Source: Promethearchaeum syntrophicum
GTDB lineage: Archaea; Asgardarchaeota; Lokiarchaeia; Sigyniarchaeales; Promethearchaeaceae
Assembly: GCF_008000775.2 (NCBI RefSeq)
Contig: NZ_CP042905.2
Span: 4,200,001 to 4,232,000 of the forward strand
Direction: 5' to 3'
Length of the DNA stretch: 32,000 bases
In this document: in pieces, positions 17,941-25,635 of the stretch
Layout: each line of letters begins with the position of its first letter
Numbering within the stretch: the first letter of the stretch is position 1
Position numbers and translations under genes: made by a program
The notes under the pieces: generated by a model
Seen by the model: only the letters and a program-made list of their open reading frames with translations
What the model was told of the DNA's origin: nothing
The model's database searches: none

Positions 17941-18398
17941 CAATAATAGAAACTGGGATAATATTTAAAGAAAAAAGCCTTTGTAAAGTTTATTTTAAAT
18001 CATCTAAGGAAATTCTTGGTGAAGATGAACGTAGTTTTTTAACGAAAACTATTGGGGTTCTAGCAAAATCGGATTTTGGTGATAAAATTCATAAATTTTC
18101 TATGGGAGCGAACAAAATCTTAATTAAATTAAAAGATTTAATTGTGATCGATGAGGATACTAAAGAAAAATCACATAGTCCACTTATAATTTATTGCATT
18201 GCAGGTAAGAAAACTGATCAAAATCAAGTAAACAAATGTATGGATGAGACTATCACTCAATTTTTGGCACAATTCAGTATTATTGATTTTGCATCTAAAG
18301 AGCCAAATAAATTTTCAGCTTTTAATGAACAATTAAAAAAAAATTTCCATGAAATTGCATCAAGACCAGAAGATAGGTTTAAGTCGATATTATTCTGA
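17937..18398 (+). CDS. Small protein, possibly longin/roadblock-like fold; function unknown
   Basis: 153 aa; overlaps the upstream stop by 4 bp (ATGA), implying translational coupling. Strand/helix pattern (KIHKFSMGANKILIKLKDLIVIDED...PLIIYCIAGKKTDQNQVNKCMDETITQFLAQF) is longin-like. Confidence 0.35.
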   Translation: MTIIETGIIFKEKSLCKVYFKSSKEILGEDERSFLTKTIGVLAKSDFGDKIHKFSMGANKILIKLKDLIVIDEDTKEKSHSPLIIYCIAGKKTDQNQVNKCMDETITQFLAQFSIIDFASKEPNKFSAFNEQLKKNFHEIASRPEDRFKSILF

Positions 18399-18454
18399 TC
18401 ACAGCCGTAGGGAAAAGAAATTTAAGTTACACTACCATATATTTATTAATTTCA

Positions 18455-18464
18455 TTATATAATA
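18455..18464 (+). promoter_or_regulatory. Candidate archaeal TATA box for the ubiquitin-like gene
   Basis: ttatataata about 44 bp upstream of the ATG, with a GGTG RBS just before the start (gaattcggtgaaaaataATG). Confidence 0.4.
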
Positions 18465-18507
18465 AATCAGTTAATTGTATGATTTAGAAAGAATTCGGTG
18501 AAAAATA

Positions 18508-18759
18508 ATGGCACAATTCAGATTTCGGTTAACGGGTGTTCCACCTGACCAGGCTATCCGTCTTATTGACGTAGATCCAAACCAAACAATAGCGGAAATT
18601 AAGAAAGAAGTCCAAAGAGCATATAAGCTCAATCCAATTTTAGCAATTCAATTTATCTTCAAAGGAAAAGTCCTTCCTGATAACATTAAATTTTCAAAGG
18701 TCGGAATCTCATCTAAAAACGACGTAATTACCGTAATGGCCACGCAAGCGGGTGGATGA
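18508..18759 (+). CDS. Ubiquitin-like (beta-grasp) protein with exposed C-terminal Gly-Gly
   Basis: FRFRLTGVPPDQAIRLIDVDPNQTIAEIKKEVQRAYKLNPILAIQFIFKGKVLPDNIKFSKVGISSKNDVITVMATQAGG aligns with ubiquitin (LIFAGKQLEDG vs FIFKGKVLPDN) and ends exactly at GG. Confidence 0.8.
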   Translation: MAQFRFRLTGVPPDQAIRLIDVDPNQTIAEIKKEVQRAYKLNPILAIQFIFKGKVLPDNIKFSKVGISSKNDVITVMATQAGG

Positions 18760-19306
18760 TCTAATTAATATGGTAGAAAAATATTGTAATTGATTTTTTT
18801 TTCTGATTAAACATTTTATCTAAGAGAACACGAGGAATTATTGATATTATTAGTCTATAAAAGACAAAAAATTTATATTTTGAGAACTATTATCCGAGTT
18901 AAGTAATTAATACGAGGTGTAATGTTGAATGATGGTAACAGGAAAAGAAAAGAGAAATCTCATTTTTGTGTCAAAACAACATACACTTAAGAAAATCTTT
19001 TTATTTTCTCACGTAATATTGTTGTAAATTTCACAGTAGTGCTGATTTATCTGAGAGGAGTTATTTACTAAAGAATTTCTAAAGTATGATTTGGAAATAT
19101 TGATAATTTTCTTTAATTTATCTTTTCAGATGAATTTCTCCTTGATTTTTCATTAATGATGCTTTATTGAATATTTTTCGAAATTTTTCTTGTTTCCGTT
19201 AATTTAGAAATAAATATCGAACTCCCCCTGGACTGCCCGATCAGGCAAACCATATTATTATAATTTTTTTCGGAAAAAAAAAACTAAACTCAAGTGATTT
19301 ATCACA

Positions 19307-20272
19307 ATGGACAACACTCACAATCAAAGAATTGGATTTGATTCCTCAAAAGATGGATTAGATTTTGATTCGATCAGTCAAAATCGCCAGTTTAAATCAA
19401 ATTTCCAACTAAAAGAAGTAACAGTGGCTCAAGCAAAAGAGCAATTGTTAGCAACTATGAAAATTGCAAAAGTGCTAAAGGTAATCGGTGGAGGAAAAGA
19501 AGCTACCGTTTTATTGGCACAAGAAAAAGATACCGGAGATCTGGTATGTGCAAAAGTATTTCGATACTATACAAGTACTATTAAAAAACGAATACTAGGC
19601 ACACATCACATCTCTGCGAATGGAATGGCTGGAATAGCTGCTTCCCAAGAATATTGGAATTTATATGGACTCTACAAAGCAGGAATTCCTGTTCCTAAAC
19701 CCAGATTGTTACTAAATAATATCACCGTCATGGATTTCATTGGATCTGATTATGATAAAACCGTTCCTGCACCATTATTACGAGATGTTGATGTTCGACA
19801 ATATGGTGATCCTGAAGAGATCTTCCATGAATCAATTGGTCTTTTAGCAGATATGTTCCTCAAAGCGCACTATATCCATGGTGACTACTCAGATCATAAT
19901 ATTTTGATAACAAGAAAGGGATTAATTACAATGGATGTTTCACAATCGGTTCAATATAATCAAAAAACCTTCGTCAATACACCAGTTCGTATTCGAATTG
20001 ATCAAGCAGTGGATATGTTACTGGTTGATATTGAAAATATAAATAAGGCATTTCGCCGAAATTATCGGTTGCAAATTAACTCCGATGAAGTTCTAAAAGA
20101 AATAACGAAGGAACTTCCACAACATTTACAAAACTATCTTTGTAATTCCGATGGCATTCCTATTCATTCAGAAGGGTTCTATGCACCTGAAATATATCTT
20201 GGAAAAGAACAGGTTCGACGAGACGGAGTTCGAAAACGATCTAATCGAAATTATCAGCGAAAAAAACGTTAA
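19307..20272 (+). CDS. RIO1-like atypical serine protein kinase
   Basis: VIGGGKEATVLLAQEKDTGDLVCAKVFRYY; IHGDYSDHNILI (catalytic loop); ITMDVSQSV (metal-binding loop); PAPLLRDV. Confidence 0.85.
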   Translation: MDNTHNQRIGFDSSKDGLDFDSISQNRQFKSNFQLKEVTVAQAKEQLLATMKIAKVLKVIGGGKEATVLLAQEKDTGDLVCAKVFRYYTSTIKKRILGTHHISANGMAGIAASQEYWNLYGLYKAGIPVPKPRLLLNNITVMDFIGSDYDKTVPAPLLRDVDVRQYGDPEEIFHESIGLLADMFLKAHYIHGDYSDHNILITRKGLITMDVSQSVQYNQKTFVNTPVRIRIDQAVDMLLVDIENINKAFRRNYRLQINSDEVLKEITKELPQHLQNYLCNSDGIPIHSEGFYAPEIYLGKEQVRRDGVRKRSNRNYQRKKR

Positions 20273-20336
20273 AAAAATATTCACTTAGTCTGATTAAAAT
20301 TCCTTAACAACTATAATTTTTTACTGATTTCATTAT

Positions 20337-20627
20337 TTAATTTTCTTCATCTTGTGAAAGTTTCTTTTGATTCCTTGAGCTTGGAGATAAATAATTAAGG
20401 ACAAAGCATATGCTAGGAATTATTGAAATAAATATTAATGCCATAAAAATACCGGTATCTCCAGAACTGGATATTACAATAGTTAAATTAATCATAAACA
20501 AGAGTAATACTACAGTTGTATAATATTTTCTAGTTGCAAAGTTAATTTCTGCCACACCTAATTTAAAATTAAATATGTTATAAACTTTAATGTCTATTTT
20601 CGAGTAGAGTGATACATTTCTTTCCAT
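20337..20627 (-). CDS. Small membrane protein, unknown function
   Basis: From likely start MERNVSLYSKID; two TM segments YYTTVVLLLFMINLTIVI and GIFMALIFISIIPSICFVLNYL. The ORF track start at 20810 overlaps the next gene and is probably over-extended. Confidence 0.5.
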   Translation of the reverse strand: MERNVSLYSKIDIKVYNIFNFKLGVAEINFATRKYYTTVVLLLFMINLTIVISSSGDTGIFMALIFISIIPSICFVLNYLSPSSRNQKKLSQDEEN

Positions 20628-20664
20628 AACTATAGAAATTGAAAAAAAAATTCCAAAAATCCTT

Positions 20665-21555
20665 TTATAGGGCTTTTTCAGTATTATCTTGCATGTTAGA
20701 TGAAACTTCGGTTTTATTGTACAACAATGATATTGTATAACCGAAAAAGTTGATAACGATAAACAAGTTTGAGACCAGATAGAAAATGGCATTCTGCACC
20801 AAAAAATCATAATAATTTATTGCTCTTGTGTAAGCAAAAGTCAACCCATCTATTCGAAAAAAATTTTCTAGCACCACTAACCCGAGGATTAAATTGATAA
20901 AAACCAGTATCAGTCCAGCCGTAAATAGGAAAAAACTGATTTTTTTAGAGAGAATTTTGTAATTTTTAAATAATAATTCCCCGAAAAAGGATAGGGCTCC
21001 AGCGACAGAGAGACTTAATATCAATCCCGCTAACATAAGATACCAAATCCGAGTCGGTTCAGGTATATATTGGGGGATATTAATCCAGTGGAACACATTC
21101 ACCACGAGATTTATTAATAAGATTATCACCCAAAAGAGAATTGGTAGAATAAAATATTTCTGGGTAAACCATTTTCCTGCATTCTTATTCCCTAAGCTTG
21201 CTTTTCCGATCTTGGAAAGAATTATAAAGATGATGATACCCAAAATTACAGCAATTGCCATAAATACTACTGAATTTAGTATGTAGCTTTGCATAGACTC
21301 ATTTGTGACCTCGGAAAGGGAAGAACCCCAATCAAAGATCAACATATTTATAATATACCTTGGATATTGAGAAAGAATCGAATGAGAAAGTCCGATAACT
21401 CCTTCACCTGGGTCCTCCCATCCCAACCATGTAGATAAAAATGGCGCTCCCGGTACATTATTTAGAAAGATAATACTCCCCATACAACCTATCAAAAAAA
21501 AAACTAGACTTATTAACACTCCTACGAGAATTTTTATTCCTTTTGACTTCATCAT
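20665..21555 (-). CDS. Polytopic membrane protein resembling an OppB/DppB ABC permease lacking a clear EAA loop
   Basis: FDWGSSLSEV...ILNSVVFMAIAVILGIIIFIIL and GLVVLENFFRIDGLTFAYTRAINYYDFLVQNAIFYLVSNLFIVINFFGYTISLLYN resemble OppB N- and C-terminal conserved regions. Confidence 0.45.
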   Translation of the reverse strand: MMKSKGIKILVGVLISLVFFLIGCMGSIIFLNNVPGAPFLSTWLGWEDPGEGVIGLSHSILSQYPRYIINMLIFDWGSSLSEVTNESMQSYILNSVVFMAIAVILGIIIFIILSKIGKASLGNKNAGKWFTQKYFILPILFWVIILLINLVVNVFHWINIPQYIPEPTRIWYLMLAGLILSLSVAGALSFFGELLFKNYKILSKKISFFLFTAGLILVFINLILGLVVLENFFRIDGLTFAYTRAINYYDFLVQNAIFYLVSNLFIVINFFGYTISLLYNKTEVSSNMQDNTEKAL

Positions 21556-21748
21556 TTAGACATATCACTTCAGTTTATATTTTTTTGAGGCATAATTGTC
21601 CTCATGAAAAAGTTAAATTGAAAATATATAAAAATATGATAAATTTCATTATTAAGTTTTAGTATAGACAATATCGAGATAAATTAAATTAGATATTGTA
21701 ATTGCCCTTTTTCCAACCTAGCGCTATTCTTTTTTCTTCCATAAAATT

Positions 21749-22654
21749 TCATTGGAAGTCCTTAACATATTTCGCAGTATTATGGCCAATGTAAACCATC
21801 CAAACAATCAAGCCTATATGTAATATATCATTGGCAGTAAACCAGATTCCAAAACCCCAAAACCAACCGGAAATACCTAGTAGCAAATATCCAATATATA
21901 AAATCATGACAATTGCCAGAATAAGCCAAATTCGGATAAAGATTATATCCATCTTATTTTTTTCTGATCTATATCTTTTTACATTTTGAATCATAAAGAA
22001 AATAAAGCCAGGAATCAAAAATAAGACCAGCAATTCAAAGGAAAGCAAAAAATTTACGGGTAAGGCAATACCGACAGTTAATATAATCATATATATAATC
22101 GAATTAAATAATCCATACAACTGCATAGCGAAACGTTTTTTCCCTGCAACACAAGAATATGATTGGGCAAACATCATAGAATTTACGCTTGCAACTGAAA
22201 GCAACAAATACATAATTTCCAACCATGTCGTCCATAAACAATTTTCTTGATTAGCGCATTTTAATTCATAATTCAATGCTTGATAGCTAGTTCCAGCAAA
22301 AATCGCTCCAAGACCCCATAAAATAAGAGCCATTCCCCACCAAATCAAAGATTTTTGTTTATTGTTTTTACTTATTAATTTAATTCCGTAAAATATCGTA
22401 ATTACACCCAGAAAATATACAAAAAATGTTGAACTTGGTTCAGCAAAGATGAAAGTAATATTAAAAAAACTGAGTTCTATCCAAGAATGCGCTTCTAACC
22501 AGCTATCAGATGATAGTGGGGGTTCTATAAATAATTCATTTATTCTGTTCATCCAGATTAGAAAATAAAGAAATACAATGAAGATAAGAATGTTCATCCA
22601 ATAAAGAAATTTAAGAAATATGGTAGGATTATTCAGTTTTCTTAAAGATTCCAT
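21749..22654 (-). CDS. Polytopic membrane protein (about 7-8 TM), unknown function
   Basis: 301 aa with multiple hydrophobic helices (FLYWMNILIFIVFLYFLIW; FFVYFLGVITIFYGIKLI; LWWGMALILWGLGAIFAG; etc.). Confidence 0.6.
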   Translation of the reverse strand: MESLRKLNNPTIFLKFLYWMNILIFIVFLYFLIWMNRINELFIEPPLSSDSWLEAHSWIELSFFNITFIFAEPSSTFFVYFLGVITIFYGIKLISKNNKQKSLIWWGMALILWGLGAIFAGTSYQALNYELKCANQENCLWTTWLEIMYLLLSVASVNSMMFAQSYSCVAGKKRFAMQLYGLFNSIIYMIILTVGIALPVNFLLSFELLVLFLIPGFIFFMIQNVKRYRSEKNKMDIIFIRIWLILAIVMILYIGYLLLGISGWFWGFGIWFTANDILHIGLIVWMVYIGHNTAKYVKDFQ

Positions 22655-22792
22655 GATTCTACTTTGCGTTCTTGATTCATAAATATATTTCCGAAAAACA
22701 GATGTTTAGCAAGTTTATGAATTTAAAAAAGAGTTCTAAGATAATCTGAATATAGAAATCCCCGATGTAAAATTAAGAAATAATGAGTATTC

Positions 22793-23107
22793 TTAGAGAT
22801 TTAAACGATTTTTTATTGTATTTTTCCACTGGATAACTAAAAGTTCTCCAGATTTTGTGTTATATCTATCTGTAGTAAAAGAAACTTCTTCAACATTACC
22901 GAAATCTTGTTCAACAAGCTTTAAGCATGCATCAATGTTTTTAATTTGGGAACCAATTCCGTGCTTGTGCTGGATAAAAACAGTGGAGGATTTTTCGTTT
23001 TGGCGAATAAAACTGTCTACTTTCTCTTCAAAATTTAGAATATTTGATGGTTTCTTCTCACTTAATACTAATGTATGAAGATTTGCATTATTTTTATTAG
23101 GATTCAC
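22793..23107 (-). CDS. Alba-like nucleic-acid-binding domain protein
   Basis: SEKKPSNILNFEEKVDSFIRQNEKSSTVFIQHKHGIGSQIKNIDACLKLVEQDFGNVEEVSFTTD matches the Alba pattern KPxxNY...V.IKARGxAIxxAVD..E...NRF in layout. Confidence 0.5.
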   Translation of the reverse strand: MNPNKNNANLHTLVLSEKKPSNILNFEEKVDSFIRQNEKSSTVFIQHKHGIGSQIKNIDACLKLVEQDFGNVEEVSFTTDRYNTKSGELLVIQWKNTIKNRLNL

Positions 23108-23232
23108 TTACAAGTAGACCTCTTCTATTTAAAATAGTAATCGAATGGTATGCATTTAAGTGTTATGCTTATAGGATTATTAAATATTCTGCAAATTGGA
23201 ATAATGATTAGAAATTTCAGATTTTTCATGTG

Positions 23233-25602
23233 TTAATTTTCCAAGTTTATATCATTTAATGATATTTTAAATAGTTTAGCTATATTTTGATTGATTTTAC
23301 TTATATTCTCCTTTCTATCTGAATTTTGTTTTGATTCTATTTCATTATCTTGATTGATTTGCTCGACATAATTACAGATTTCTCTATACAATTGATAACT
23401 TCGCGATTTTTTATTCAGAAAATCAATTTTAGGGATGGGAAGTGCTAAAATATTTGCTTGAATTAAATGAGGAAATGTTTTTTTGTTCGGATTGGCAAAA
23501 CTATGAAGATAATAATACTCAATTACTTTGGATGATATAATTCCGAATAAAAACTCGAGTGAATATTGCGATAATATTGTTGTATTATAGTCAAGTCCTA
23601 TATCCTCGTCAGATTTTGAAATTGAATTAAGAATTTTTGATGCTTGATTTGGATCCTTAATAAAAGCAGATAATCCGTACGATTTCTGAGTCTTGTTTGC
23701 TTCAACAATTTTTGCTGATTTAATATCAGGTTTTATATGGGGTAATAATCCAATATCTTGAGAATTATCATATTTAAGTGAGAACTGATATACGACTTGT
23801 ACTGTATAACGTTTTTTATAATCAAGGGCAGAAATAATCCCATTTCCAGTTTTTCTAATGAGAATTTTAGGGATATTGTATTTCTCTGGCGATTTATATT
23901 TAATTCCGTTGTAATTTAAATGGATTTTGAATCGATTTTGGAGATTAAAACGTTGGACATCTTCACCTACTAAAATCGGAACCCATCCTTTTTCATGTCC
24001 TTTTTCAAATGAATCTAATGGTAAGATAATTCTATCATAGTTAGATATTTGAGACTTTTCAATATATTTTTTGCAATAAGGACAATTTGTCATTAATAAT
24101 GATGGATTTTGAGGATTTTTTTTAAAATGTGGGATAGGATTCCATTTCTTACAAGCGGGACATTGATATATTTCGCCATTTTTCCCTATTTCTACTCCAC
24201 GACTGTTGTTAACAAAATCTCCAAACACATAGTGTTCTGTTGATTCAATTTTTTTAAGTATTTCAGCATTTGAATGCCGTGTAAAAATAATGAAATTATA
24301 AAATGGGTGATCTAAGAAACTTTTTTGTGGAATAGTATGAATTTTCCATAAATCCATATGAAACATTTCCAATTTTTTCCGATTCACATAGTATTCTTCA
24401 TTTAACAATAATATTTTAACTAAATGCTTTTTGGAAGGAGATTTTTTTTGAAGGAAAAGAATACATGAAGGAATTTTTACATTTGGAAAAATTTTTTCAC
24501 CTAAATAATTTATCTGAAGAATAGAAGTATTTTTAATAAGATAATATCTAAGTGGAGCGTATACAGGATTAAATAAAATTGTACTTGGGACTATTAAAGC
24601 AATAATTCCTTCAATTTGAATAATTTCTAAATTTTTGATTATAAAAAGGGCGTAAATATCAATTTGATCTTTAATTTTATATGGACGATTATAGGGAGAT
24701 TTCGGGCTTAAACCTCCGGTATAAGTTTTTGAGTCATGAGAGGACTGTAGAAGTACTTTGAATTTAGTTTGCATTAATTTTTGATAAGGTTTGACATCGG
24801 TACCCCAAGGAGGATTCCCAATAAGAATATCAAAAGGAGATTCAGGGAAAAAATGTTTCAAACTATCTCTTTTTTTAAAGCTTGGATTTACTCTTTGATT
24901 CATTGAAAAAATAGAAAAATTAATTTCAGCAATTTCCAGGGCTAAGGGATCCGAGTCAAATGCAAAAATTTCTGAGTTAGAAAAATATTCAGGTATAAAT
25001 TGAATAAAATTTCCGGCACCACATGCGATATCAGCTATCTTGATATGTATTTCTTGTTCTTCTTCAATTTCTTCTTTCATTTTCTCTTTATTTATTGTTT
25101 CTATTTGATGATATTTTAACCAATAGGACTTTGAGGTTGAAATAATCTCTTTAACAAGCCAGCTTGGAGTAAAAAAAGTCCCTTTTCGATGTTTAATTCG
25201 ATTTTTTCTATAAGATATGGAATTAGCAGAAGGTAAATGTAGTATTTCATAAAAATTTGGTAGAAATAAAGAATCATGGATAAAAGGATAGATTGATTCA
25301 AGCATAAATCCAAAATTTGCTATTGTTAGGTAATTCTCTGAGATCGATTTTGAAATTAATGGAAAATCTTTTGGGGTGATGTTCAATTTTTGAATTGAAG
25401 AAATAAAGATTTGTGAGAGTTTTGATCCATCAATTGATGTATTTTCATCTTCAACGTTCAATTTAATAAAAAATTCTTCTTTTGAGAACTTTTGGAGGCA
25501 AATAAAGATTTTTAACCCTAAACGAAAAATATCACGCTTTTGATCTTCATTCAAATTATTACCATAGAATTTGATGAATTTCTTTATGAAATCTTTACTC
25601 AC
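23233..25602 (-). CDS. N6-adenine DNA methyltransferase (Eco57I/TaqI-like) with TaqI-like specificity region and embedded zinc finger
   Basis: KGTFFTPSWLVKEII; IADIACGAGNFIQF (motif I); DILIGNPPWG (motif IV); CPACKKWNPIPHFKK...TNCPYCKKYI; DRIILPLDSFEKGHEKGWVPILVGEDVQRF. GTG start. Confidence 0.88.
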   Translation of the reverse strand: MSKDFIKKFIKFYGNNLNEDQKRDIFRLGLKIFICLQKFSKEEFFIKLNVEDENTSIDGSKLSQIFISSIQKLNITPKDFPLISKSISENYLTIANFGFMLESIYPFIHDSLFLPNFYEILHLPSANSISYRKNRIKHRKGTFFTPSWLVKEIISTSKSYWLKYHQIETINKEKMKEEIEEEQEIHIKIADIACGAGNFIQFIPEYFSNSEIFAFDSDPLALEIAEINFSIFSMNQRVNPSFKKRDSLKHFFPESPFDILIGNPPWGTDVKPYQKLMQTKFKVLLQSSHDSKTYTGGLSPKSPYNRPYKIKDQIDIYALFIIKNLEIIQIEGIIALIVPSTILFNPVYAPLRYYLIKNTSILQINYLGEKIFPNVKIPSCILFLQKKSPSKKHLVKILLLNEEYYVNRKKLEMFHMDLWKIHTIPQKSFLDHPFYNFIIFTRHSNAEILKKIESTEHYVFGDFVNNSRGVEIGKNGEIYQCPACKKWNPIPHFKKNPQNPSLLMTNCPYCKKYIEKSQISNYDRIILPLDSFEKGHEKGWVPILVGEDVQRFNLQNRFKIHLNYNGIKYKSPEKYNIPKILIRKTGNGIISALDYKKRYTVQVVYQFSLKYDNSQDIGLLPHIKPDIKSAKIVEANKTQKSYGLSAFIKDPNQASKILNSISKSDEDIGLDYNTTILSQYSLEFLFGIISSKVIEYYYLHSFANPNKKTFPHLIQANILALPIPKIDFLNKKSRSYQLYREICNYVEQINQDNEIESKQNSDRKENISKINQNIAKLFKISLNDINLEN

Positions 25603-25630
25603 ATTTAAATTCTCGAAGATTTTAAATATA
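25603..25630. promoter_or_regulatory. Compact divergent promoter candidates between two methyltransferase genes
   Basis: Only 33 bp between starts; atttaaat (25603-25610) lies about 30 bp upstream of the plus-strand ATG (25636) and tttaaatata (25621-25630) about 23 bp upstream of the minus-strand GTG (25602). Confidence 0.35.
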
Positions 25631-25635
25631 AATTA

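Noticed and set aside
22857-23078. 73-aa plus-strand ORF
   Set aside because: Antisense to the Alba-like gene.
25116-25313. 65-aa minus-strand ORF
   Set aside because: Out-of-frame ORF nested in the second TaqI-like MTase gene.
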